The notes: a model not told the origin generated them from the letters alone. A stretch of 64,000 nucleotides of DNA from an uncultured delta proteobacterium (GCA_963815115.1 CAWFFN010000012.1:384001-448000); one strand, 5' to 3'; shown: positions 32,777 through 42,982, counted from the stretch's first letter. Numbers and translations: made by a program.

Positions 32777-34096
32777 CTACGACGCGAGCGGGAAGCGCTC
32801 GCGCACGAACGCCTCGGCAGCGGCGCGGGTCGTGACCTCGCCCTCGAGCTGTGCGTCCTCCAGCGAGCGGAGGATCTCACCGACGCGGGGCCCGGCGGCG
32901 TACCCCATGGCGAGGAGGTCCCGCCCGCCCAGCAGGCGCGCGGGGCGCAGGTCCTCCGCGCGCAGCTCCAGACGGCGCCGCTCGCAGAAGAGCACGTAGC
33001 GCAGGTCCCGGCTCGAGGCGAGCGCGTCGAGCCGCGCGACGCGGCAGAGCTCGTCGAAGCCGTCCTCGACGAGCATCTTCTTGAGGGTGGCCAGTCGCAT
33101 GTCCGGCGCCTGGGTGAGCCGGAGATGGTGGCGCACGAGGTAGTCGACGCGCTCCCAGGTGGTGCGGCTGCGCCGCAGGCGCTGGCAGATCGCGACGGCG
33201 AGGTCGGCGCCGACGGCGGGATGGCCGTAGAAGGTGATGCGCTCCCCCTTGCGCCCGGCGCACAGCGGCTTCGCGACGTCGTGCAGGAGGGCGCCCAGCG
33301 CGAGCGACTCCGGAGCACCCGCGGGAAGCTGCTGGAGCAGCAGCAGGGTGTGCTGCCAGACGTCGCCCTCCGGGTGGTAGTCCGGCGACTGCGCCACTCC
33401 TCGCATGCGATCGACCTCGGGCAGGACGACGGGGAGCAATCCCGTCTCCGCGAGCAGCTCGAAGCCGCGCCGGGCGCCCCCCTCGGTGAGCAACTTCACG
33501 ATCTCGTCTCCGATGCGCTCGGCGGCGATGTCGCCCAGGGTCGGCGCGGCGGCGACGATCGCCGCATGCGTCGCGGGATCGATGCGGAAGCCCAACCTGG
33601 CGGCGAATCGGACGGCGCGCAACATGCGAAGACGATCCTCGGCGATGCGCGCCCCGGCGTCGCCGATGGCGCGGATCACGCCGGCGCGCAGGTCGGCCAC
33701 GCCCCCGACGAAGTCCTGGACCGCTCCCGTGAGGGGGTCCTCGAAGAGGGCGTTGATGGTGAAGTCGCGCCGGCCGGCGTCCTCGCGTGCGGAGCCGAAG
33801 TGCACCGCGCTCGGCCGCCGGCCGTCGACGTAAGCCTCGTCCGACCGGAACGTCGCCACCTCGAAGCGCTCCCCGTGCTCCACCACGAGGATCACCCCGA
33901 ACTGCACGCCAACCGGCACGGTGCGGGGAAAGAGCTCGCGGACGGCTTCGGGATGCGCGCTGGTCGCGACGTCCCAGTCGAGGGGCGCGCGGCCGAGCAG
34001 GCGGTCGCGTACGCTGCCCCCCGCCAGGTAGGCCTCGTGACCGGCGGCCCGCAGCCGCCGGACGATGCTAGCTGCCGTTCGCCCCCGATCCGTCAT
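32777..34096 (-). CDS. CCA-type tRNA nucleotidyltransferase with HD domain
   Basis: Motifs GGSVRD.LLG...DWDVAT, RRDFTINA, EDRLRMLRAVRF, HPEGDV..HT, LLHDVAKP. Confidence 0.92.
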   Translation of the reverse strand: MTDRGRTAASIVRRLRAAGHEAYLAGGSVRDRLLGRAPLDWDVATSAHPEAVRELFPRTVPVGVQFGVILVVEHGERFEVATFRSDEAYVDGRRPSAVHFGSAREDAGRRDFTINALFEDPLTGAVQDFVGGVADLRAGVIRAIGDAGARIAEDRLRMLRAVRFAARLGFRIDPATHAAIVAAAPTLGDIAAERIGDEIVKLLTEGGARRGFELLAETGLLPVVLPEVDRMRGVAQSPDYHPEGDVWQHTLLLLQQLPAGAPESLALGALLHDVAKPLCAGRKGERITFYGHPAVGADLAVAICQRLRRSRTTWERVDYLVRHHLRLTQAPDMRLATLKKMLVEDGFDELCRVARLDALASSRDLRYVLFCERRRLELRAEDLRPARLLGGRDLLAMGYAAGPRVGEILRSLEDAQLEGEVTTRAAAEAFVRERFPLAS

Positions 34097-35333
34097 GTGG
34101 GAAGGTGAAGAGGACCTTCACGGCCGCCGAGGCGGCCTGGTCGCCGCAGGCGAGCAAGGCGTCCCGGTAGCGCTCCAGCGGGAACCGGTGGGTCAGGATC
34201 GGCGTCACGTCGATGCGCCGCTGCCGGACGAGGTCGAGATAGATCTCCATCGAGTGCCGGCGCTCGCCCTCGAACTCCTCGACGCCGAAGGCGTTGGATC
34301 CGATGACCGTGATCTCCTTGAAGTACAGCGGGGTCCACTCGAAGCGGCGGGGCATCTCGACGCCGGTGATCACGAGGGCGCCACGCGAGGCGGCGATGCG
34401 GATGCCCACCTCGACGGTCTCCGGAAAACCCACCGTGTCGTAGACGACGTCGACGCCCCCGCCGTGGAGCCAGGGCATCCCGAACCAGGGCGTGAGCACC
34501 TGCGCGTCGGTCTCCGCCCCGACGCGCGTGACGATGTCCCTGGTCGGCGCGTGCGGCAGCACGGTTGCGGCGCCGAAGCGCTCTGCCAGGGCGTGCTGGT
34601 GCGGGAAGCGCGCCACTGCCAGCACGCGGCTTGCGGGGTGGAGCAGGCGGAGGATCGCGATGGTGAGGAGCCCGAGCGTGCCGCAGCCGTACACCAGCAC
34701 CGGCGCACCCGGCGCCGGCGGCCGCTTGAGCACCGCGTGCAGCGAGACCGAGAACGGATCGGCCAGCACGGCCTCCTCGTCGCTCACCTCGTCGGGAATC
34801 GGGATGCACATCGACTCGTGGGCCGGGACGAAGGGGGCGAAGCCGCCGGTCGCCGCGCTGCTGTTGCCGGTGTGGATGCCCGGCGGGATGGCGCCCAGGG
34901 CGAAGTTGCGGCAGATCGAGTACTGGCCGTCGCGACACTCGGGACAGGGTGGCGTGATGCCGCGCGGCCCGCACGAGAGCCAGGGATTCAGGACGACCCG
35001 CTCGCCGGCCCGACGCGTGCGTACCCCGGGGCCGACGCGCTCGACCGTACCGACGACCTCGTGTCCCAGCACCTGCGGGAACGAGATCAACGCCGTCATC
35101 GGGTTGTCCATGCTGCCGTTCAAGAAGATCTGCTTGTAGTCGCTGCCACAGATGCCGCAGAGCCGGGTGCGCAGCACCAGCCAGCCGTCGGCAGGGAAGA
35201 GCGGCTCGGGAATCTCCTTCAGGGTGGTGGTCGAGAACGGTCCCAGGAAGAAGCGCTTGTCGAGGCGGCCGAGGAGGCTCGAGACCACCTGGCGCGGCAC
35301 GCTCGCGTCGCACACCAGGGCCCGCATGGCCAC
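34068..35333 (-). CDS. Zinc-dependent alcohol dehydrogenase (MDR family)
   Basis: Motifs GICGSD, GHEVVG, C..C..C......C structural zinc site, and Rossmann motif GCGTLG. Confidence 0.92.
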   Translation of the reverse strand: MAMRALVCDASVPRQVVSSLLGRLDKRFFLGPFSTTTLKEIPEPLFPADGWLVLRTRLCGICGSDYKQIFLNGSMDNPMTALISFPQVLGHEVVGTVERVGPGVRTRRAGERVVLNPWLSCGPRGITPPCPECRDGQYSICRNFALGAIPPGIHTGNSSAATGGFAPFVPAHESMCIPIPDEVSDEEAVLADPFSVSLHAVLKRPPAPGAPVLVYGCGTLGLLTIAILRLLHPASRVLAVARFPHQHALAERFGAATVLPHAPTRDIVTRVGAETDAQVLTPWFGMPWLHGGGVDVVYDTVGFPETVEVGIRIAASRGALVITGVEMPRRFEWTPLYFKEITVIGSNAFGVEEFEGERRHSMEIYLDLVRQRRIDVTPILTHRFPLERYRDALLACGDQAASAAVKVLFTFPHDGSGANGS

Positions 35334-35410
35334 GAGCCAAGCATGCCAGGCGACGCGGGCGCAAGCGCAGCCGGTTGAGCCGGCGCCGTGCCCTGGGGCA
35401 CGATGCGGAC

Positions 35411-36814
35411 GTGGCCACCCAGTCTCCCTCGCCGCGCTCGCACCGGGCCATTCCCTCGGTCGAACGTCTGCTGCGCGCGCCGGCGGCGACGCTGCTGCTC
35501 GCGCGCTGGCGGCGCGAGCGCGTGATCGAGATCGTACGGCTGGTGCTGCGCGAGCTCCGCCACGAGCTGGACGCGGGCGCCGGGGTGCCGGACGACGATG
35601 CGCTGCTGACTCGCGTCGGCGCGCGGCTCGACACCGCGGCCGCTCCCCGGCTCGGCCGCGTCGTCAACGCCACCGGGATCGTGCTGCACACCAACCTCGG
35701 CCGTGCCCCGCTGGCGGAGGCGGCGGTCGAGGCCGTCGTCCTGGCGGCGCGCGGGGCCGTCAACCTCGAGCTCGACCTGGCCACGGGTCGTCGCGGGTCG
35801 CGCGACGCGCTGGTCGAGGCCGACCTGCGAGCCCTCACCGGCGCCCAGGCGGCCCTGGTGGTGAACAACAACGCGGCGGCCGTCTTGCTGGCGGTCGCCG
35901 CCCTCGCGGGCGGCCGCGAGGTGGTGGTGTCGCGCGGCGAGCTGGTCGAGATCGGCGGCAGCTTCCGCATGCCGGAGGTGATGGCCATCGGCGGCGCTCG
36001 CCTGCGGGAGGTCGGCACCACGAACCGCACCCACGCCGACGACTATCGCCGGGCCGTCGGTCCGGAGACGGGGCTGATCGTGAAGGCGCACACCAGCAAC
36101 TACCGGATCGTCGGCTTCACGACGTCGGTCGCGCTGCCGGAGCTGGCGGACATCGCGCGCGCCGCCGGAGTCCCTCTCCTGGAAGACCTCGGCAGCGGGG
36201 CGCTCGTCGATCTCGCGGAGCACGGCCTGCCGCGCGAGCCGCTGGTGCGCGAGCGCGTGGCGGCGGGTGCCGACCTGGTCAGCTTCAGCGGCGACAAGCT
36301 GCTCGGCGGACCGCAGGCCGGCATCGTCGTCGGGCGTGCCGACCTGATCGCGCTGCTGGCCCACCATCCGCTGCGGCGTGCGCTGCGGCCGGACAAGCTG
36401 ACCATGGCCGCGCTCGCCGCCACGCTTCGTCTCTACCGCGACGTGCCGGACCTGCGTGACGCCCTCCCGGTGCTGCGCTGGCTCACGCGACCGCTCGGCG
36501 AGATGGAGGAAATCGGCCGCACGCTCGCGCCTGCGCTGGCCGCTCGACTCGGGCCGGGACACCGCGTCACGGTCGTCCCGTCGGAGGCCGAGGCGGGGTC
36601 GGGCGCGCTCCCGGTGGCGCCGCTCGAGAGCCGGGCCCTCGCGGTCGAGCATGCCGAACGCTCGCCCGAGGAGATCGCGCAGCGCTTCCGCCAGGCGCGT
36701 CCGCCGGTGCTGGGCCGCATTCACGGGGGGCGCTTCCTGCTCGACCTGCGCGGCATCTTCGCCGAGGCGGACCTGCTGGTCGACCTGGCCTCAGCCGGCT
36801 CGCCATGCCGCTGA
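35411..36814 (+). CDS. selA: L-seryl-tRNA(Sec) selenium transferase
   Basis: Motifs VVNATGIVLHTNLGRAPL, VNNNAAAV, SRGELVEIGGSFR, FSGDKLLGGPQAG. Confidence 0.97.
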   Translation: MATQSPSPRSHRAIPSVERLLRAPAATLLLARWRRERVIEIVRLVLRELRHELDAGAGVPDDDALLTRVGARLDTAAAPRLGRVVNATGIVLHTNLGRAPLAEAAVEAVVLAARGAVNLELDLATGRRGSRDALVEADLRALTGAQAALVVNNNAAAVLLAVAALAGGREVVVSRGELVEIGGSFRMPEVMAIGGARLREVGTTNRTHADDYRRAVGPETGLIVKAHTSNYRIVGFTTSVALPELADIARAAGVPLLEDLGSGALVDLAEHGLPREPLVRERVAAGADLVSFSGDKLLGGPQAGIVVGRADLIALLAHHPLRRALRPDKLTMAALAATLRLYRDVPDLRDALPVLRWLTRPLGEMEEIGRTLAPALAARLGPGHRVTVVPSEAEAGSGALPVAPLESRALAVEHAERSPEEIAQRFRQARPPVLGRIHGGRFLLDLRGIFAEADLLVDLASAGSPCR

Positions 36815-38709
36815 TCATCGGCACGGCGGGCCACATCGACCACGGCAAGACCGCGCTCGTCCGGGCTCTCACCGGCCAGGATACCGACCGCCTGAAGGAG
36901 GAGAAGGCACGCGGGATATCGATCGATCTCGGATTCGCCTGGCTCGACGGTCCCCGGGGCGAGCGCGCAGCAATCGTCGACGTGCCCGGCCACGAGCGCT
37001 TCATCCGCAACATGCTGGCAGGGGCCCACGGCATCGACCTCGTGCTGTTCACGGTCGCTGCCGACGACGGCGTGATGCCGCAGACCGAGGAGCATCTCGA
37101 CATCCTGCATCTGCTGGGGGTCCGGCACGGCATCTTCGTCATCACCAAGACCGACCTGGTGGATGCCGCCCGCGTGGCGGCGGTGCGGGAGGAGATCGAG
37201 ATCCTGACGCTCGACACGACGCTCGAGGATGCCCCGGTCGTGCCCGTGTCGACCGTCACCGGAGAGGGGCTGGACGTCCTGCGCTCCGAGATCGCGACCC
37301 GGCTCGCAGCGCCCAGGGACGCGGGCCGGGTCGGCTGGTTTCGCCTCCCGGTCGATCGCGCCTTCGTCATCCGCGGCCACGGTGTCGTCGTCACCGGCAC
37401 CGCCGTTGCGGGCACGGTCGCGGAGGGAGACGCGGTGCGCCTCCTGCCCGCGGGACCGAGCGCGCGTGTCCGCGGGCTCGAGGTCCACGGCGCCGCCGTC
37501 AGGCATGCCGGCCGCGGGCAGCGCGTCGCCATGAACCTGGCTGGCCTCGAGCCGGGCGAGGTCGGACGCGGCGACGTCGTCTGCGATCCCCGCCTCGAGC
37601 GTACCACGATGCGCCTCGACGCCCGGCTCGAGGTCCGGCCGGCGGCGCGCCGGCCGGTCGCGAGCCACGACCGCGTACGGGTGCACCTCGGGACCGCCGA
37701 GGTGCTCGGGACGGTCGTGCTCCTCGACGGCAGGACGGAGCTACCGCCGCGCAGCACCGGCTGGGTGCAGCTCGTCCTGCGCGCGCCGGTGCTGGCGCTG
37801 CGCGGCGACCGCTTCGTGCTGCGCGATCAGACGGCGCGCTGGACGGTCGGCGGCGGCGTGGTGGTGGATCCGTTCGCGGAGCGCCACCGGCGTGATGCGG
37901 CGGGGGTGCCCGCCACGCTCGCCCGCCTGGACGGCGGGACCGATGCCGAGGCGGCCGCCACGCTCCTCGACCTGAGCCGGGAATTCGCCGTTCCCGTCGT
38001 CATCCTCGAGCAGGCCCTCGGGCTGAGCGGCGAGCGTGTCGTACAGGCGCTCGCCACCGTCCCGGACGCCGTCCCGGTTCCGGACGCCGCCGCGCCGGAG
38101 GCCTACACGACGACGGGCAGATGGGAGCGATTCTGCGCCGGAGCGACGGGGGCGGTCGCCGCGCACCATCGGATCGAGCCGCTCGCCTCCGGACTCGAGC
38201 TGGAGAGCCTGCGCGCGCAGCTTCCGTGGGACGTGCCGGCGCGGGTCTTCCGGTGGGGCATCGAGCGTCTGGTGAGCGCGGGCCGGCTCGTGCGCGAGGA
38301 TGGCACGGTGCGCGCTCCGGACCATCGCGTGCGACTCGGCGAGGAGGCCCGCGAGCTGGGAGCGCGCGTCGAGCAGCTACTCGCCGACGCGGGATTCACG
38401 CCGCCCGACCTCCGTCAGCTCGAGGCGTCGGTGGGCGTCGAACGCAAGGCGCTCGCCGAGGTCCTCGGCGTGCTCCACGGGGAGGGGCGCGTGATCCGGG
38501 TCGCACCCGATCTCTTCTTCGCCCGCCCGGCGGTCGACGAGGCGCGCGCCCGCCTGGAGACCCATTGCCGCGCGCACGGGGAGATCACCGCGGCTGCCTT
38601 CCGCGACCTCATCGGCGCGAGCCGGAAGTTCTCCATCGCGCTGCTCGACTGGTTCGATCGCAGCGGCGTGACCATCCGCGTCGGCGATCTGCGGCGGCTG
38701 CGACGGTAG
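36805..38709 (+). CDS. selB: Selenocysteine-specific elongation factor
   Basis: Motifs GTAGHIDHGKT, RGISIDLGF, DVPGHERF, and C-terminal winged helix FRD..G.SRK....LL..FD. Confidence 0.97.
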   Translation: MPLIIGTAGHIDHGKTALVRALTGQDTDRLKEEKARGISIDLGFAWLDGPRGERAAIVDVPGHERFIRNMLAGAHGIDLVLFTVAADDGVMPQTEEHLDILHLLGVRHGIFVITKTDLVDAARVAAVREEIEILTLDTTLEDAPVVPVSTVTGEGLDVLRSEIATRLAAPRDAGRVGWFRLPVDRAFVIRGHGVVVTGTAVAGTVAEGDAVRLLPAGPSARVRGLEVHGAAVRHAGRGQRVAMNLAGLEPGEVGRGDVVCDPRLERTTMRLDARLEVRPAARRPVASHDRVRVHLGTAEVLGTVVLLDGRTELPPRSTGWVQLVLRAPVLALRGDRFVLRDQTARWTVGGGVVVDPFAERHRRDAAGVPATLARLDGGTDAEAAATLLDLSREFAVPVVILEQALGLSGERVVQALATVPDAVPVPDAAAPEAYTTTGRWERFCAGATGAVAAHHRIEPLASGLELESLRAQLPWDVPARVFRWGIERLVSAGRLVREDGTVRAPDHRVRLGEEARELGARVEQLLADAGFTPPDLRQLEASVGVERKALAEVLGVLHGEGRVIRVAPDLFFARPAVDEARARLETHCRAHGEITAAAFRDLIGASRKFSIALLDWFDRSGVTIRVGDLRRLRR

Positions 38710-38742
38710 ACCGCCGCACGTCCGCCGCGCTAGCGTGGCGGC

Positions 38743-39819
38743 ATGGACCACGGCGAGCCCTCCTCCCCGCAGCCCTTCCGCCTCACCGAGCGGTCTCGCG
38801 CCGCCGGATGCGCCGCCAAGCTGGGTCCGGCGGAGCTGTCGCGGGTGCTCGCGGCGCTGCCCCGGTCGGCGCATCCCGACCTGCTCGTCGGCACGTCCAC
38901 GGCAGACGATGCCGGCGTGTTCCGCCTCACCCCGGATTTGGCGCTGGTCCAGACGGTCGATTTCTTCACGCCCATCGTCGACGATGCCTTCCAGTTCGGC
39001 GCGATCGCCGCGGCGAATGCGCTCTCCGACGTCTATGCCATGGGTGGCGAGCCGCGGACGGCGCTGAACATCACCTGCTTCCCACAGCAGGGCGTGCCCA
39101 TGGAGGTGCTGGGCGAGATCCTGCGCGGCGGAATCGCCAAGGCGGACGAGGCGGGCGTGGTGGTGCTCGGCGGCCACACCGTCAACGACGAGGAGATCAA
39201 GTTCGGCATGGCGGTGACCGGCCTGGTGCACCCGGATCGCATCTGGCGCAACGTCGGCGCGCGGCCGGGTGACGTCCTGGTGCTCACCAAGGCGCTCGGC
39301 ACGGGCATCCTCACCACCGCGGCCAAGCATGGCGCGGCGCCCGCATCCGACCTCGCCACGGCGGTGCACGGCATGCTGGCGCTGAACGCCACCGCCGCGC
39401 ACGTCCTGCGCGACTTCTCGGTGCGAGCGTGCACCGACGTCACGGGGTTCTCGCTCCTCGGCCATGGCTTCGAGATGGCGCACGGCAGCGGCGTGCGCCT
39501 CGTGCTCGACGCATCGCGACTCCCGGTGCTTCCCGGCGCTTGCTCGCTCGCGCTCGCCGGACAGCTCACCGGGGGCTGCCGGCGCAATCGCGCCTGGCTG
39601 GGCGAGCGGGTCGAGATCGAAGCCGGCGTTCCCGCGGATGTCGTCGAGGTGGCCTACGACCCGCAGACGTCGGGGGGCCTGCTGGCGGCGGTGCCCGCCG
39701 CCGAGGCCGAGGCGGTGGTGGCCGCGATGCGCGCGGCCGGGATCGCAGCCGCTTCGATCGTCGGTCGTGTCGAGGCGCGCCGGGACGGCGCCTGGATCGA
39801 GCTGCGCGCCGGGTCCTAG
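38743..39819 (+). CDS. selD: Selenide, water dikinase (Cys form)
   Basis: Motifs AGCAAKLGP, DDAGV, QTVDFFTP, ANALSDVYAMG, TDVTGF.LLGH, DPQTSGGLL. Confidence 0.97.
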   Translation: MDHGEPSSPQPFRLTERSRAAGCAAKLGPAELSRVLAALPRSAHPDLLVGTSTADDAGVFRLTPDLALVQTVDFFTPIVDDAFQFGAIAAANALSDVYAMGGEPRTALNITCFPQQGVPMEVLGEILRGGIAKADEAGVVVLGGHTVNDEEIKFGMAVTGLVHPDRIWRNVGARPGDVLVLTKALGTGILTTAAKHGAAPASDLATAVHGMLALNATAAHVLRDFSVRACTDVTGFSLLGHGFEMAHGSGVRLVLDASRLPVLPGACSLALAGQLTGGCRRNRAWLGERVEIEAGVPADVVEVAYDPQTSGGLLAAVPAAEAEAVVAAMRAAGIAAASIVGRVEARRDGAWIELRAGS

Positions 39820-39863
39820 GAGAAGCGCGAGGCTGGCGCCGAGACGGCACGCGTGCAGGCGCC

Positions 39864-39999
39864 GGACGGGCTGGGCCAGAGCTGCGGGCGTGCCATGTTT
39901 TGCCGCGCCGGCTTCGCCGGCCGCGGCACGGCGGCCGCCTGATCCACCGATCGCCACACGTTCGCTTCCGCTCTCGACCCGAGACGCAGTCTCGGGTCG
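39864..39999. repeat. Four-hairpin element, copy D (half element)
   Basis: Inner hairpin at 39901-39928 and terminal hairpin CGACCCGAGAC-gca-GTCTCGGGTCG at 39975-39999. Aligns with the reverse complement of about 16068-16202. Lies between convergent selD and PPIase genes. Confidence 0.9.
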
Positions 40000-40005
40000 G
40001 GCCCT

Positions 40006-40953
40006 CTAGTGGCCGCCGACCACCCCGCCCATGGCCCCGGGCCCGGTCGGCGCGGGCGGTGGGGTGATCTTCGCGAGGGCGGCATCGTCGATCTTCACGT
40101 TCGCCGCCTGCTTGAGCCCGTCGAACTTGGTCTGCATCGTGTCCTGGAGCTGCCGGTTGCGGAGCGTGGTCTTGATCTGCTCCTTCACCTGATCGAAGGG
40201 CTTGCGCTCGCCTTCCTGGCGCTCCGTCACCAGGATGATGTGATACCCGTACTGGGTCTTCACGACGTCGCTCATCTGACCGGGCTTGAGCCCGAACGCC
40301 ACCGCTTCGAACTCGGGCACCATGCGGCCCTGGCCGAACGTGCCGAGGTCGCCGCCCTTCGCTCCGCTCGTCTTGTCGATCGACTGCTCCTTCGCCACCT
40401 CGGCGAACTTGCTCGGGTCCGCCGCCAGCTGATCGTGGAGCTTCTTCGCAGTCTGCTCGTCCTTCACCAGGATGTGGCTGGCATGGATCTGCGTGCTCGA
40501 GTAGAGGCCCGGATTGTCGTCGTAGTACTTCTTCGCCTCCTCGTCGGAGATCGTGGGCGGCTTCTGGTACTCCCGCATGAGGCGCTGGACGACGAGCCGC
40601 TTGCGCATGTCGTCGACCTGCTTCTGGATGTCGGGATCCTTGTCGTAGCCGGCCTTCTGCGCCTCGGCGAAGAGCAGGTCGTTCAGGATCAGGTTCTCCA
40701 CGAACTGCCGCTTCCGATCCGGCGCCGAGAGATAGGTGCGCGAGGGTCCGGGCAGGCGATCGATCTCGCTCAGGACCTCGGCGCCGGTGAGCTTCTTGCC
40801 GGCGTAGGTCGCGATCACCTCGGTCGTTTCGGCGGTCGGGGCGGCGGCCTGCTCGGGCGCCGCGGCCGGGGCGCTGGCCTGCTCCTTGGTCCCCTGGCAG
40901 CCCGCGGCCAGCAGCACGGCACAACACGTCGCGACCACGTGACGGGTGCGCAT
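40006..40953 (-). CDS. Parvulin-type peptidyl-prolyl isomerase lipoprotein (PrsA/PpiC-like)
   Basis: Lipobox LAAGC, plus HASHILV, GGDLG.F..G.MVPEFE and VKTQYGYHII. Confidence 0.92.
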   Translation of the reverse strand: MRTRHVVATCCAVLLAAGCQGTKEQASAPAAAPEQAAAPTAETTEVIATYAGKKLTGAEVLSEIDRLPGPSRTYLSAPDRKRQFVENLILNDLLFAEAQKAGYDKDPDIQKQVDDMRKRLVVQRLMREYQKPPTISDEEAKKYYDDNPGLYSSTQIHASHILVKDEQTAKKLHDQLAADPSKFAEVAKEQSIDKTSGAKGGDLGTFGQGRMVPEFEAVAFGLKPGQMSDVVKTQYGYHIILVTERQEGERKPFDQVKEQIKTTLRNRQLQDTMQTKFDGLKQAANVKIDDAALAKITPPPAPTGPGAMGGVVGGH

Positions 40954-40987
40954 AGGCCCGGACGCATAGCCAGCGCCGCGCAGGAAG

Positions 40988-41473
40988 TCAATTTTCTACC
41001 GGCGCCGACGTGGTCGATGCGAGCAGGTGACGGCGACGCGCCAGGGCGAGCGCCACGCCCGCGCACACGCCCGACGCATCGACGGCGACGTCGCGCGGAG
41101 ACGCCGTTCGACTCGGCACGAACTCCTGGTGGAGCTCGTCCACCGTCGCCCAGCCCCCGCCGATGAGGATGGCTCCCAGGACGAGCGGCAGCCCGACCAG
41201 CCCCTCCTCGCGCAGCGCGCGGACGAGCAGGACACCCAGCACGAGGTACTCGACCACGTGCGCACTCTTGCGAACCATGGCGTGGACGAAGTCGAGATGC
41301 TCGGGTGGAGCCCAGGGGAGCAGGGCGCGCAGGATCGGCAGGAGGAAGCTGCCGGTCTCCTCGCCCGAGAACCAGCCGGTCGAGAACGTCGAGATGAGGA
41401 GCGCCCAGGCGACGACCGCGAGCCAGGCGCGCAGACGCGGACTCGCCAGGCGAGGCGGAGCGGATCTAGGCAA
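40988..41473 (-). CDS. VanZ-family membrane protein
   Basis: Motifs VRKSAHVVEY..LG and DELHQ.FVPSR.AS..DV..D. Confidence 0.88.
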   Translation of the reverse strand: MPRSAPPRLASPRLRAWLAVVAWALLISTFSTGWFSGEETGSFLLPILRALLPWAPPEHLDFVHAMVRKSAHVVEYLVLGVLLVRALREEGLVGLPLVLGAILIGGGWATVDELHQEFVPSRTASPRDVAVDASGVCAGVALALARRRHLLASTTSAPVEN

Positions 41474-41729
41474 GCTCGTCGATCGTCTTGTTGATCAGCG
41501 CCAGCAGATCCTCGCCGAACTCCGCGTCGATGAAGCTCTCGATCTTCTCGCGCTGCGAGGCGTAGCGCTTGCCGCTCGCCTCGGCGGCGAGCTGGGTGCC
41601 GGCGAGCACGTCGAGAAACTCGAGCATGCCGGGCTTGCCGCCCGGATCGCTCGCCGACAGGATGCGGTCGAACGCCAGCCGGAGCGTGAGATACGACAGC
41701 CGGTATTTCGATTCTTCGTCGAGCTCCAT
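41466..41729 (-). CDS. Small cytoplasmic hypothetical protein (87 aa)
   Basis: MELDEESKYRLSYLTLRLAFD...; AAGGA upstream. Fills the gap between the VKOR-DsbA and vanZ genes with coding-like composition. Confidence 0.75.
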   Translation of the reverse strand: MELDEESKYRLSYLTLRLAFDRILSASDPGGKPGMLEFLDVLAGTQLAAEASGKRYASQREKIESFIDAEFGEDLLALINKTIDELA

Positions 41730-41749
41730 GGGATCCTTCCGTCGGGAGC

Positions 41750-42967
41750 TCAGCTCCCGCTGCGCGACGCTTGCGTGGCGCGCGCCTGGTTTTCCTTCTC
41801 GATGACGAGGGCGAAGTCGTAGTACGGACGTTCGAGCGCGCCCTGGATCCGCCGTCCGTTGATGAAGATGGTGGGTGTCGACTCGATGCCGAGGCGTGCG
41901 CCCGCACTGACGTCCTCGGCGATGCGGGCCATCGTCGCGGGGTCGTCGAGGCAGGACCGAAACTCGGGAATGTCGAGGTCGAGGTCGCGCGCGTAGCGGA
42001 AGAGGCTCTCGCGGTCGAGCGCCCTCTGATGCTCGAAGAGCAGGTCGTGGTACTCCCAGAACCGATCTTGCCGGCCGGCACACTCCGCTGCCGCGGCGGC
42101 CAGGCAGGCGTCGGGGTGGAGCTGCTGCTGCAACTCGCTGTTGCAGCGGCTGTCGAGCGGAAAGTGACGGAACACGAGCTTCACGTCCGGGCGCGAGCGC
42201 ACGAGGCTGCGCAGGTCGCCGAAGGCGTGGCCGCACGCCGGACACTCGAAGTCGGAGAACTCGACGATGGTGAAGGGGGCGTCGGCGGAGCCCTTGACGT
42301 GCGTGCCGGGGCCGACGACGTCGGCGGCGGGTAGCACCGGGAGCTTGCGATACGACTCGTAGAACTTGGGATCGGCGGCCTGCACCTCGGCCGCCGACGC
42401 CGCGCCGGGTGGCCGCCGTACGGCCTCGACGGTGCCGCCCGCGACGGCGAGGAGCAGGCCGACCGCAGCGGCCGCGTAAGCTGCCGATTGGCGCTGGAGG
42501 AGCGGCGCGCGCGCGGAGAGCTGGAAGCGTCGTGCCAGGGGCGCGACGGCGACGAACCAGGCCACGATGACGACGTCCAGCGTGAGGCAGAGAAGGCAGG
42601 CGGTGCGGAGCACGAACCACGACACGAAGGCCAGCACCAGGGCGAAGCCGAGGCTCCCCGAGGCCAGCCCGAGGAGCGCGAGGTCGGTGAGCCCCACGGT
42701 GGTGGCGCCCATCGCGCCCGGCAGCGCGAGCAGGGCGCCCAGCGTGAAGACGCCCAGCGCCCAGAGCGAGACCGGGAGTCCGAGAAAGGTGCCCCACTTG
42801 CTCGACAGCACCGTGTCGCAGTTGACGACGCTGCCGAGGTTGCAGAAGCTCGTGTAGCCGTCGACCGACACGAGCTGGCTCGTGACGTGGAAGGTCAGCG
42901 CGCTCACCGCCACCCCGACCAGCGCGAGGACGACGGCGACGCGATGTCGGGCGGGGCTCGGAAGCAT
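41750..42967 (-). CDS. VKOR-DsbA/thioredoxin fusion disulfide-bond formation protein
   Basis: VKOR loop C-x7-C..VL.S.W and TM motif CLLC. C-terminal EFSDFECPAC and cis-Pro motif STPTIFING. Confidence 0.92.
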   Translation of the reverse strand: MLPSPARHRVAVVLALVGVAVSALTFHVTSQLVSVDGYTSFCNLGSVVNCDTVLSSKWGTFLGLPVSLWALGVFTLGALLALPGAMGATTVGLTDLALLGLASGSLGFALVLAFVSWFVLRTACLLCLTLDVVIVAWFVAVAPLARRFQLSARAPLLQRQSAAYAAAAVGLLLAVAGGTVEAVRRPPGAASAAEVQAADPKFYESYRKLPVLPAADVVGPGTHVKGSADAPFTIVEFSDFECPACGHAFGDLRSLVRSRPDVKLVFRHFPLDSRCNSELQQQLHPDACLAAAAAECAGRQDRFWEYHDLLFEHQRALDRESLFRYARDLDLDIPEFRSCLDDPATMARIAEDVSAGARLGIESTPTIFINGRRIQGALERPYYDFALVIEKENQARATQASRSGS

Positions 42968-42982
42968 CGGGCCGAGGGCCGG

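Noticed and set aside
38800-38820. Selenocysteine (UGA) in SelD or in nearby DsbA/IscA/VKOR genes
   Set aside because: Active-site residues translate as Cys in uninterrupted ORFs, and no in-frame TGA was seen.
39820-40005. selC tRNA-Sec downstream of selD
   Set aside because: The segment is a half copy of the hairpin repeat. There is no UCA anticodon arm or T-loop.
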